A program made the position numbers and the translations under genes. Positions 12,633 to 24,650 of a stretch of 64,000 nt of DNA are shown piece by piece. Source of the stretch: Eledone cirrhosa (Eukaryota); contig OZ024741.1 in assembly GCA_964016885.1 (NCBI GenBank), positions 230,950,001 to 231,014,000 on the forward strand. The letters run 5' to 3'. Each line of letters opens with the position of its first letter. Positions within the stretch are counted from its first letter, which is position 1. The notes beneath the pieces were generated by a model. That model ran no database searches. It was not told where the DNA came from and saw only the letters and a program-made list of their open reading frames with translations.

Positions 12633-15600
12633 GTTTCCTTTATTAACCACAGGGGTTTACATGAAGTAGAAATTAAAGACAATACAGGACAATACAGAAC
12701 GGTACAAATGGGCATTTCTGCGTGTAACAAAAAACAGTGGATGTAATAAAATAACAAAGAAACATTCCCCAATAGGGGGGAGACCTCCGAGGGACATTTG
12801 TTTAGAAAGCCCTTTAAAAGACCACAGTGACCCTGACCACCAGAGCAAGTGCCCTCTCCCAGTTTTCCACCTTTAATTTACAGACACATACTCAGAATAA
12901 ACCCATTCACTCGGGCCATATTTGCTTCTCTCACCCACCTTTCAACAAAATGCTGGTAAGAGAGCACTTCCCACTCAGCCCTGATTTTCCTTTTCAAATG
13001 AAATTTGAAAAAGTTAATCAGGGCATCACCGAAGAGGTAAGTGCTCGTCTTCAGCCCTTTCAAACGTTTCCACCGTACTATCTCTTTCGCCATGGCCACC
13101 AGACAGATAAATACTGCCTGCCCTTCCCGGCTAAAGGTAGAGGGCGAGACAATCCTCACGATGGACTCAGCTGATAGCTGGATACGTCCTACACTTGACA
13201 GAAGGTGTTCGACATAAACCCACATGTCAGCAATGCTCGGACACTGGACGAGTGCGTGCAGGTCAGTCTCGTCGCCCTACGCGCATCTCGGACACGCCCG
13301 GGTGACAGCACCTCCATGCCTGGAGAGTTTATCCCGAACTGGCAAAGCTCCCCAGTAGCACTGCCAGGCCAGGGATTTCTAGAAATTGTCCATAGGCCCG
13401 GCCCGAAAGTCCCTCCGAAGAGATTGGCTAATTGATTTTCGTCGACGCCTAGAGTTTCTCCAAGTACGTCGTCGCTCTTCCTCTCCACTAATCTTCTATA
13501 GAACGCCAAGGTGGAGTTACCACCGATCACATTGCCCGATTGGTCGAGGGCTGCGAGCGCCTGAAAACATTCCAGTCTCCAAGTGCTCCCTCTCGGTCTT
13601 CGCTTGACCCAGGACTGCAGCTCCGTCAAGGAGACGAGCTGGGGAAAGACGCGTCTAGCAAACGGCGACCACACCTGATCACCGTCGAGGAAGAGGTGGA
13701 GATGTCGTAGCCTGAGCGCGTGTCTGCGCATCATCAGCCACGGAATGCCCAGCCCTCCACGTAGCGGGTGTTGAAAGCAGATGTACCGCCTGACCATCGG
13801 AGTCATCCCTTCCACAAAAAGCGAAAGAGCAAATGCTCCAGCGCAGTCAGGCGGGGCTTAGGACAAGGTACGACGGTCAGGTGGTAGTAGATGACGGACG
13901 CGTTGTATGCGTTAGCCACCTCCGCTCGACCTTTCAGGGATAGCTTCCACTCCGCCCATTTCTCGGTGAGAGAAGCCACCCTGCTCGTCACCTCGTCCCA
14001 GTTTTTGTCCGTCTGGAGGTCCGGACCGAACCAGACCCCTAGCAATTTAACCGGTCCGTCCGTCCAGCGTCCGACGACGCTGTTGGACGGCATGCACCTG
14101 CCTCTCCAGGTGCCGAGCTGAAGGCACAGTGACTTTTCCTGGTTGATCATTGCTCCTGTCACCGCTTGGTATTCTCTTAGTGTAGTGCCGATCTCCTTGA
14201 TGTGTTTGGCGTTCGACACCACTACGGTGACATCGTCCGCATATGCTGACACAGATCTTCCGCATCCTAGTTCGCGCGGGACCCCCCTCAACGTCTCCAG
14301 TTTGTGCAGTAATGGCTCGAGAGTCAATACGTACAAGAGGGACGAGAGGGTACATCCTTGGCGGACCGAGCGAATGATGTTGAACGGTTGCGAAAGGTGA
14401 CCATTCACTCTCACCACAGAGCAGATGTCGCTGTGCATGGCAGCGATCCAGCCTCTGAAGACGGGCCCACAGCCAGCCGCCCTCAGGTCTGCCGCTAAGT
14501 AACGATGGTCGACCCTATCGAAAGCTTTCGACTGATCTAAATTGATCAAAGACTCACCCTTTTCGCATCCTTTCTCAGCAGCGCCACAGCTCCTCGGCTC
14601 ACAGAGCTGCGAATTCTCCCCTTCTGTTGCCAGTTGCAGACGTCCTCCAAGAGGCCTCCGAACAAGCCTGGCATCTGTACGTAAAGTTCATAGGGCAGAC
14701 CATCCAAACCAGGCGATTTAACCCTTGTGCAGCCAGTCATTGCCTCCCGTACTTCAGCGGCTGTTATCTGCTTTTCGCAACACTCCTCCTCAGTGGTCAA
14801 GAGCCGCGGCAGTCCGTCGAGATAGACACTAAAGTCCATCCCTCGATCCGGCCCGCCGCTGCCCCCGAACAGCTATGCGAAGTGTAGCTGAAAAGCTTCA
14901 CACATTTGCCCGGGATCGAGTAGCATGCGCCCGTCGTGGACAACCAAAGACCGGATCCTGGCTTTGTTGTCACGACGCGCCTCCGCCACTCTGGCCCATT
15001 GAACGGCTTTCGTCCCCTCGTGTCTGAGAGAACGCACCCTAGCTCTGACAACGCAGCCTTCGTGCTTTGCATTGAAGAATTGTTCAAGGGCCAATTTCGC
15101 CGCAAGTACGTCGGTCGCGATGCCTTTGCTAAGCGCCTCGTCTAATTTTCTAACTAATTCTCCCTCTGCTCTATTTTTCTCTATTGCTAAAGCCTTACTC
15201 AACCTAATGGACTCTATTCTAATTGCTCTTTTCAGAGCAAACCACCACTAGTTGTTGACGATGGCCTTGTGTAGGCCTTGCGCCTTGGTAAGGACGCGTT
15301 TAGCTTCCAGTAGCCGGGTTCTTGTCTATGAAGCCTATCTAAGTCAAGCGCACAGATCACGAAATTGTGGTCCGTGTAGCTGACTATCTTGAATTGTGGA
15401 CAGCCTATGCTAGACCTATTTATTTCCCTTCAAAATACTCTATCTAGATATGACCTGGATGACCCTATGCGATTTGTCCAAGTCCATATTGGCACATTCG
15501 AGAAATCCAATCGGTACCTGTCAGACAGTTCAAAACGCCTGAGCAGGTTGGTGAGACTCTTGCACCCTCCTCCCCTATCCACTAATCGCACACAGTCCCA

Positions 15601-18187
15601 GCGTGCATCTAAGATCCCGTTCCACTAACACTAAAGAGCGGGACGTTCCAAGAAAAGTCTACAGACGCCCGAAGAAATCAGGCCGTCCTGCTGCTGTCGG
15701 GGCATAGACGGCCACTAACCTGGAAGCTTTCCCGTCTCCGCTGGTCACGTCCAGCACCACCAACTTACCTTCTGGGTCCAGGAAGATGGCCCGTATGGCA
15801 AGATCAAAACTTCTCCGAAAAAGCGCAGCAACTCCTCCCCCCGATCCCGGACGGCTGGGGGATGCGTACACATCGTAGCCGACGAAGATCGGTGCGAAAG
15901 CCCGTGCTTCGGAGATTCTGGCTCGCTGATGGCCACTACATCTATGTTTAGTGATCTGAGGTCGTTGAGCAGATGGCCCTGCTTCAATGACGACCCCAAG
16001 CCACGCGCATTTGTGCTGCCTATTCTGAGTGAGGTCATGTTGAAATGGAGTGGAAAAGATGGGAAAGACCACTTACCTTACTTCTCTTAGAGGAAGGATG
16101 GTTTCTCCATCCTTTTCACTGCTTTTGGCCTCCTCAGGAAGGATGTCCTTATAAATCCTCCTGGAGAGTACTTCTCGGAAGGCTCCGATGTCTTTGGGGA
16201 ATTCTTGTTTTAGTGTCATGTACGTTTTCTGGGTGATGCGAGTGATTTGTATGTATGGAGGCGGTGTGAACTTTCGGGTTGTTGTGTAGTCTTTTTCTGT
16301 GATGTTGGTGCTGGTGTTGTGTAATAATTGGTTGTTGTTCGAATTTAATGCTGTGTAGTGTGTATCGTTTTGGTTGTTTTGTTTTGTTTGCGTTTGTTGT
16401 GGGTTTGTTTCTGTTTCACATTTTGGTGACTTTTGTGGTGTAGGTGATGGTGGTGTTTGGGTTAATAATGGTGATGGTGTTGGTGTTTGGGGTGATGGGG
16501 TTGGTGATGCTGGTGTGGATGGTGGCCTGTCTGACCTAACTTTTTTGTTTGATAGTTTATTTGTTTCCCTCTGTATTTTGGTTTTGGAGGGGGAAGGAAG
16601 AGAATTTTTTTCTTTTTTGATTTCTTTTTTTCTTTTTTCCTGATACCGTTTCCCACTCCTCGTCGTCACAATCTGTCGGAAAATCCTCCAAAGGCGTTAG
16701 TTTTGGTTGTGGGGTGGTGGATGGTGTAGGCGCTGGTGCTAGTTCTGGCGCGTTGGGAGGTGGTGGTGTTGGTTTTGCTACTGTTGCTGGGATGGTGCTG
16801 TTACAGTTGCTTCTGTTGTTGCTGCCATCTCTGCCGGTGGTGGTGTTGATGGTTGAGTCACTGGGGTGGGTAGGAAAGGTAGCCTCAACCTTTTAGCCTA
16901 AGGGCAGAAAGCCCATAGGTGGGTTCCTTCACCACAAACGACACGCCTAGGCCTTCTGTCCTCAACAATTACGGTGAGGTGGCTGCCGTCAGTGAGGTCT
17001 ATTACCGCTGGGATGTCATCAATGCTTTTTTGGTCCGCTTGGATCAGGAGCTCCATCCCAGATCCGGACCAGTTCTCCTGCTATTCTTTCGCTATTTCGA
17101 TTATCTTGGTGCTGGCTTCGATGCCGGCGAGGACGGTAGCTATTAGCCAGGGAATTTCGATGGCCGGTGGAACGTGGGTGACCCTGATCTTTATGAGTCA
17201 CTGGCCACAATAGCTTGGGACGAATGTGAAGTCGTCACTTCTTAATGGGGCCATCAGGTCTTCTCTAGCCTCCTGTGGTGTTTCAAAGAACTCGTCCACG
17301 CTTCCATACTTCTGCCCACGTCTGATGTGGTTTTTCTTTGCCCACACATGTCCCAAAGCTTTTTGGATTTGTAATTCGGATGCCCGTTCCACTCGGCGCG
17401 ATTTTATATTAATTGTTCGAAAAGACACGGTGCATAGGCGCCGATGCTCCATTTTATTAGGTGGGGGGGTGAGGCTGACCCTGTACCCATCTTTCCTTAC
17501 CATTTTGTTGGCTGCTTCTAATTCCTCCTGAGTTACCTGAAATGCTTCGCACTGTTTTGCTACTCTGGCAAAACTCAGGGTGGTTTTCTTAATGTCATTG
17601 TTGCTGTTCTTGTTATCGTTATTTTTGTTATTATTAATTTTAGTTTCAGTTGTGGTGGTGGTGGTGGCGTCAGTGGTATTCGGTGTGGAAGAGTTCATTT
17701 TGGTTGAATTCATTTCGATATAACGAGTTAATTTATTTTTTTCTTTTGTTTCTGTTGTCGCGGTGATGGTGGGGCTGGTGGTTGTCGTGGTGGTGGATGT
17801 GGTGGCGGCTTTAACACCTGCAGTCATTGGTAATGGAGGGAAATGAATGTCTGACTGAGACAAATTTAAAATATTGCTACTGCTTATATTTTTTTTAGTG
17901 TTGGCAAACGTAGTAATATTTACAATGGTGGTGTCGGTGTGAGGTGTTAGTTTGTGAGAAAGGAGTGACTCTGAGTCAGACATGATGTTTCAAAAAAAAG
18001 TTTTGATTGATAATTATAAAAGTTTTAATTTCGGGCTCAAGGGCCCAATCTTTTTCGGTGTCCCTTTGAGATAACAATGTATGTGCACTTATATACAATT
18101 AACAATAACATTTTCCATGAATGGCAATTTTGAACAACTGAAAATAACAAACCTTTCCGGAGCTCACGAGTTACTACGTAGGTTGCC
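12631..18187 (-). mobile_element. Tx1/L1-clade LINE, family 1, full-length outline (ORF1 17983-16073, ORF2 16038-~12900, disrupted)
   Basis: ORF1 starts MSDSES and has a CX2CX4HX4C knuckle (~16945-16905). ORF2 has AP endonuclease (NARGL, VYAP, YLD, TDH) and RT (QGCTLS, YADD). AATAAA at 12639-12644 (-). (TTA)n at both ends. Confidence 0.92.
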
Positions 18188-18214
18188 AATAATAATAATA
18201 ATAATAATAATAAT

Positions 18215-19149
18215 GATACGTGGTGGATAGAGTGTTATGGAATCGCTCCCGTAAGTTTTGACTTTTTACATATTTAAAACTATTGTGATAGAATAATTCT
18301 TATTACAAATGGGACATAAGGCACCAGCTTAAGCTCCCAGGAAGTGAGAATCTGTATTTAATTTTGTATTAGAAATTTTATATTCAAAAGAGTAAATGGT
18401 TACAATTGGAAGAAAAAACCCTCAGTGTACACTCAATACAACAGCCAAATAATTTCACCACCAGCGCCACCACAACCAACACCACCACCAACAACACCAC
18501 CATCACCACACAGGTGTGTGGTTTGTGGCGAAGGAACCCACCTAAAGACTGTTTGCCCTCAGGCTAAAAAGTTGAGTCCTCCCCTCCTACGCACCCAGTG
18601 ACGCAACCATCAAATCCACCAGCAGCAGAAATGGCATCAACAACAGAAGCAACTTAGCAGCAACATCCCCATCAACAGTAGCAAAACCAACACCATCACC
18701 CACCGTGCCAGAATTCCCACCAGCGCCTCCACCATCCACCATGCCACAACCAAAACCAACGCCTGTGGAGGATTTTCCACTCTCCGACCTATCCCAATTG
18801 GAGACAGATTGTGACGATGAGGAGGAATGGGAGATGGTATCAGAAAAAAAAAGAAAACGAAAAAAAGAACACAAAAAAGAACAAATCCGTTTCCTTCGCC
18901 CCCCAAAAACAAAATGCAGGGGGAAACAAATAAGCAAACAAACAAAAAAGTTAAGACAGCTATACCACCACCCACACCAGATTCACCAGCCCCATCACCA
19001 CAAACACCAACACCATCACCATCATTAACATACAACCACCATCACAACACCACAAAAAGCACCAAAAAGTGAAACAGAAACAAACCCACAACAAACGCAA
19101 ACAAATCAACCCAAACGATACACACTACGCAGCATTAAATTTGAACAAC
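18215..19149 (+). mobile_element. Chimeric, internally deleted Tx1 5' fragment (5' UTR plus ORF1 zinc knuckle and C-terminal half)
   Basis: RCVVCGEGTHLKTVCPQAKK from ~18511. 18511-19149 is an inverted homolog of 16335-16950. Confidence 0.8.
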
Positions 19150-19349
19150 AAGGGCGGTGAATTGACAGTATCGGTTGAGGGTCCGACGCCATGCTTTAAC
19201 GCATAGAGTTACGGCCCTTGCCATTCTGAGTTCAAATCCCGCCGAGGTTAACTTTGCCTTTCACCCTTACGGGGTCGATAAAATAAAGTACCAGTAATGC
19301 GCTGAGTCATTGCTGGCCTTGTGCCAAAAGTATAAACAATTATTATTAT
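19150..19349 (+). mobile_element. tRNA-derived SINE
   Basis: A box, B box gagttcaaatccc, core and (TTA)n tail. Confidence 0.9.
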
Positions 19350-19700
19350 CTCACGGAGTTGAGAAACAGAGCCCCAGCTATAAACTGGTTTTTGCCAGTC
19401 CCTGACAAAAACAGAATCAACCACCATCATCCTCAGCATCTACAATTGATGGTCTGAGCACAAATCCTGCCTAAGTCAGTCGCTGGCCCTGTGCCAGATG
19501 CAGATACAATTATTATTATCATCAGCATCTACCATTTATGATCCTAGCACAAATCCCGCCGAGATCAACACCGCTCCTCTACGGGGTCAACAAAACAGAG
19601 CACCAGCAATCCACCGGGCCAATCGCCGACCCTGTTCGAAAAGCAGAAGCAATCATTATCATCAGCATCACCACCACCAACATCAATTATCATTTCCATT
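19350..19700 (+). mobile_element. Three partial, T>C-hypermutated SINE copies
   Basis: Align to the SINE 3' half, e.g. tacggggtcaacaaaacagagcaccagcaatccaccggg vs tacggggtcgataaaataaagtaccagtaatgcactggg. Confidence 0.8.
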
Positions 19701-19963
19701 TTCATTTTTCGATGGTAGTAGGTGGTTTTCATTGTAATGTTTGAATGTCTGACATTTTTCGTTCTTTGTTTTTCAAGGCCAGTAACATCGGTTACTAGTA
19801 TTGCTGTTGCTGCTGGTGTTTTTTAATGTTAGCTACGCTAAGCTCGTAGTCAGAGCAACGAGAGAGGTAGGGGGTGTTGCGTTCACAATTTGGGAATTTT
19901 GTTTTTCTTTTAATGTTGCGTTTGTTTTTGTCTGTGTTTTGTCCTGTAATTTCACGACTTGTT

Positions 19964-20147
19964 TGGCAGTATCGGTAGAGGGTCGGACACCATGATTTGC
20001 AGCAAAGAGTTACGGCCCTTTATAGTCTGATTTCAAATCCCGCCGAGGTTAACTTTGCCTTTCATCCTTACGGGTTCGATAAAATAATGTACCAGTAATT
20101 CACTGAATAATTGTTGGCCTAGTGCCAAAAATAGAAACAATTATTAT
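19964..20147 (+). mobile_element. tRNA-derived SINE
   Basis: Same A/B boxes, core and tail as the other copies. Confidence 0.9.
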
Positions 20148-20189
20148 GCAAGTTGACATCGTTTGAACCAAAAATGTTGAAAGAGCTTA

Positions 20190-20546
20190 GAGATACAACG
20201 ACAATAATTATTGTTATTATGGTGTTGTTGTTGGCTATGCCGGTGGTGCTGATGCTTTTTCCGAAGGGAGGAGGAAGAGTTTTAATGTTGGTGGGGTACT
20301 TCAATGCCACTGGAGCTGTTCATTGTGGGATGATCAACATTTTCTTTTGACTGGGTAACTAAATCAGTCTATTTATATATTTTGGGAGCTTCTTCCTTTC
20401 TAGTCTTGTGTAGTGGTACTACAATCTTCCTTCTCCTTAACAGAAGGGGGTGAGGGAATAGTGGTGGTAGCAATGATAGAGTGGTGACGGTGGTGATGGG
20501 GTAGTGGTACTATAGTGATGGTGTTGTTGCCGCTGTTGGTTTTCCT
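20190..20546 (-). repeat. Inverted homolog of the 590-960 / 25070-25430 segment
   Basis: Reverse complement shares cactacacaag.ctag...aaaatatataaatagactgatttagt.acc and gcaccacc...atagccaacaacaac. Confidence 0.7.
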
Positions 20547-23500
20547 CTAGCTAAATTTTGTGGTGTATCGCATGAGGTGGAGATTGTCGTGTATGGACCT
20601 GGATGGGATTGCGCAAGTTTGCGCTTTCCCAACCAAATCCTCGACGACAACCGCCAATCTCTTTGCTAACACCTTGACCAAAATCTTAAACTCTGTGTTG
20701 AGCAGAGTTATGGGCCTGCAGTTGTCTAATGTATCCCTCTTGTTCTCGTCTTTCCTTATCAGCGTCACCACTCCCCTGCTCACAGAACTGGGAATACTCC
20801 CATTCTGCTGCCAATTGCAGTATAGTGCTTCGAGGAGATATGAGAACAAGTCTGGCGTATTTACATAACGTTCGTAGGGCAGGCCATCCAAACCGGGTGA
20901 CTTGCGCCTCCTGCAGCCGACAAGTGCGGCCTGAATTTCGGCTGAAGTAATCGGCCTTTCGCAGCGCTCAGTGTCGACCGAGGAGATGCGCGGCAAACCG
21001 TCAAGGTAGGGACTGAAATCCGCTACTCTCTCTGACACACCATTCTCCCCGAACAACCGAACAAAATGATGGCAAAAGGCCTCACACAATCGCTTGGAAT
21101 CGCTTATCTAGTGTCCGTCTCGGTCCGCCAAAGACAGAATTGTGGATTTATTACCACGCTGCGCCTCCGCCACGCGGGCTCTTCGAACAGCTTTCGTTCC
21201 CTCGTTTCTCAGCGCACGCACCTTGGCTCTGACAATGGAACCTTAGTGTTTCGCATTGAAGAAATGGTCTAATGGCATTCTCGCCGCTAGCACATCAGTT
21301 GCAATGCCACTACAAATAGCCTCGAGTAACTTATCTACCAGCTCCCCCTCCTTTCTATTTTTCTCTAACGCTAGTTCTTTGCTGAACTCTATCGAAGATT
21401 CTCTAATCTCTCTTTTGAGATCCTCCCACCATCTGTTGTTGATGATCTCTGTCAACTTTTGCTTAATTAAATTGTTGACTCGGTCCCTGCAAGCCTTACG
21501 GGCCGGAAATGACATGTTCAGCTTCCACTAACCCGGTCCCAACCTACGCGTTTTATCTAGGTCGACCATACAGATCACACATTTGTGATCTGAATTGGGG
21601 ACCGTTTCAAAAAGTGGGGAGCCTACACTATTTCTATCTATTTTCCTAATGAAGTACCTGTCTATATACGATCTAGATGATCCCATGCGCTTGGTCCATC
21701 TCCATACTGGCGCATTGGGGAAAACTAGTCGATACCTGTCAGACAGATGGAACTGACTGATTAATGGTTGAGGCTTTTGCACACCCCAAAGCTACTATCA
21801 GCTATTCCCACACAATCCCAGCGTGCGTCTAAGAGGCGGTTCCAGTCCCCCGCTAACAGTAAAGGGCGAGACGTACCCAGAAAGGTCTCCATGGTCCCTG
21901 AAGATCGACCTTACCTCGACATTCAGTCCTTTCCAAAACAGCACTGCTACCCCACCTCCCATTACCGGCCTGCTCACAGATGCGAAGATCTAATAGTCGA
22001 CGAAAATGGGGGCTAGTGCGCGTGTGTCAGAAATCCTGGTTTCGCTGACTGCAATTACATCTAATTCCAGCGACTTGATGTCGTTGAGCAGGCGACCCTG
22101 CTTCCAGGGTGACCCAGGCCGCGAACATTTAAACTTCCTACTCTTAATATGGCCATGTTAGCAAGCTAAAAGAGAGAGGGAGGTTTACTTACCTCCCGGG
22201 GTCTTGTGAAGGTGGACGGTTCGACCTCCATGGTTGGTGGGGTTTCTTTTTGGAACCCCTTTAAAAGTCTCGATGTGGGTTTCACTTTCGGGTTCCCACG
22301 TCTTGAGGAAAGCTCTCCCGAATTTCTTTGTAGCAATCGAGCGACATTCGGACCAGAAGCAAATCTTCTGGCACGAAAAATGGGCTCATTTCAAAGATCT
22401 CACCCTCTGTTTGAATGTCCTCGCTTCGGGCTAAGAGGGCCATCAGTTTTTCGTTGGCCCTTCTGACAAGCACGAAGTTTTTATCATTTTGTTGGTGTGG
22501 TTTTATTTGTTTTCGTTTTGGTGACTGTTTGTTGTAGGTGTGGTGATTGCAATTTCAGGGATTTGTATGTTTATTTGTACTTGTGTTTGTTTATGTTGTT
22601 TGCGTTTAGAGGATTGTTGGGGTGTTGTCGATGTGGCTGTTGGTGCTAACGTTATTGGGGAAGTGGTTGCGTTAGTGGTGTCTGTATTCTTTTGTTCAGT
22701 ATGTTTTTGTGTTTTGTTGGGGCTTTTCTTGTGAGTTTTCTCTGTTTTCTTTTTGCACTTTTGGGTTTTCCCTCATCTTCGCTGCTGGAAGACAAAGGGT
22801 CTGTGGCTGTGAGTGTCTCTGTGTCTGTGTGTGCGTTTATTGTTTTGTCTATGTGTATAATTTGTAGGGGGTGTGGGAGAGCTTTCCTCGTTTTCCCCTT
22901 GGATTGGTTTCGGTGTTGGTGGTGGTCCGGTTGTTTTTGATGTTGGTGTCCGTGTCTTTGTTGGTGTTGTTTTTGGTGGTGGTGGTGCAGCTTTCCGTGC
23001 TGACACTGGCGTTGGCAACAAAGGAGGTGTGCGACCCCCTGCATGTTTGCGCTGAGGGCAGAAGTCTTGGAGATGTGTTGCTTCCCCGTAGACGAAGCAG
23101 TGCGGCCTCCTTCAGTGATTAGTTGGATTGTTGTCCTGTCCTGCAGGCGGGCAAAATCTGGAATGTTGTTCATGTCCTCTGGTTTCATTTGGAGAAGAAT
23201 CTCCAAACCCATTCCGGACAGTCTTCTCTCTCTGTCCTTTTGATATCCAGGAGGGTAGTGTCTGTCCCTCTCGATTACGCATCCCAGGAGCCACCATATG
23301 TTCATTCCTGGTAGGATGCTGGGAATGCGGATCCTTACTGTCCTTTTACCCATGTAGGACGGGTGCATGATAATGCGTTCCATTCTGCAGGGTTTCACCG
23401 AGTGCTTAATAGCAAGGGCCTCGGTTTTGAACAGTACCTAGATGGTACCGAACTGTTTGGCCCTTGCTTTATACTCTATGTCACTTCCGATGCACTCCAA

Positions 23501-24080
23501 ACCAGTCTCGAGATCTGCTTGGCTGGCAAGTTCCACTTTGCGTGTCTGCACCGAAATGCATCGAAAATACACCGTACTCCTTTGCATGGGCGCTATTGCC
23601 CCGTCCGGGATGGTCAGGTTTGCCCAAGACTTCTCCCGTTTAATTAACCTCCATGCTTGGGCCAACTGTTCGTCTTTATCAATATTCAATAAGTGCTTTG
23701 ATTTTGCTGCTGCAGCAAAGGCGGTGCCTATGTTGCTCTTGATGTTGGTGTTGTCGGTCTTGCTGCTGTTGTTGTTGGTGTTGTTGTTGCCCGTTTTGTT
23801 TGTTGTTGCTGCTGCCACCGCCATCCATTTGTTATATATATGTATATATATATATATATGTGTATATATATATGTATGTATATATATATGTATGTATATA
23901 TGTATGTATATATGTATATATATATATGTATATATATGTATATATAAATGTATATATATGTATATATATATATATATATAAATGTATATATATATGTATA
24001 TATATGCAAGCATGGAACACGGACGTTAAACGATGATGATGATATAAATGTATATATATATATATATATGTATATATATG

Positions 24081-24165
<85 letters not shown>

Positions 24166-24639
24166 GTATATATAAATGTATATATGTATATATGTATATA
24201 TAAATGTATATATGTATATATACATTTGGTGGTGATGTCGTATTCAGTTGATACATCTCCTAACACAGAAGGGAGCGGTTCTGAGTGTAGCTTTTGAGTT
24301 TTGCCTTCACATCCAGTGGAATGCTCGACAGACATTTCTGTAGTAGTCGTAGATGTGGTGAGATCTACAGTGGCTGCTTTTTCACTTTTGACCTGAACGT
24401 TGTTTCCCGTTTCAAGGTCGAAAATGTCCCTTTTTTTTTGGTGGGGAAGCGATTTTCTTCGAAGTTTTTAAAAATAAATCTGAATATTCGGGCTTAAAGC
24501 CTGAATATTGAAAGGTCTCCCTTACTTGAAACCAATGTTTCGTTAACGACAAGAAAATACAAAAAATGATACTTTAAAACAGCTTAAAGTTACGAACCTT
24601 TTCCCCCGCAGACTTGTACGTCTTCATATATGTGCGTTC
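20547..24639 (-). mobile_element. Tx1/L1-clade LINE, family 2 (5' UTR, ORF1, endonuclease and RT N-terminal half; 3' part lost)
   Basis: ORF2 starts MAILRVGSLNVRGLG (ATG at 22156); SDH, KSPGLDGLPYE, NCRPITLLNTEFKIL; breaks after DNLHLMRY. ORF1 has a degenerate knuckle (CFVYGEATHLQDFC). The 5' end abuts (AAT)n at 24640. Confidence 0.9.
23833..24222. repeat. Imperfect (TA)n tract interrupting Tx1 ORF1, containing a 37-nt retroposon 3' stub with a (GAT)n tail
   Basis: Absent from the paralog at ~46995-47090; stub gcaagcatggaacacggacgttaaacgatgatgatga at 24006-24042. Confidence 0.9.
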
Positions 24640-24650
24640 AATAATAATAA

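Noticed and set aside
22166-22192. 27-nt GT..AG mini-intron fusing Tx1 ORF1 to ORF2
   Set aside because: Very short, the spliced product is out of frame with the ORF2 ATG, and family 1 has no equivalent AG.
23438-24335. YIYIYI- and CVCV-type ORFs (also 29204-29979 and 63127-63359)
   Set aside because: Translations of microsatellites.
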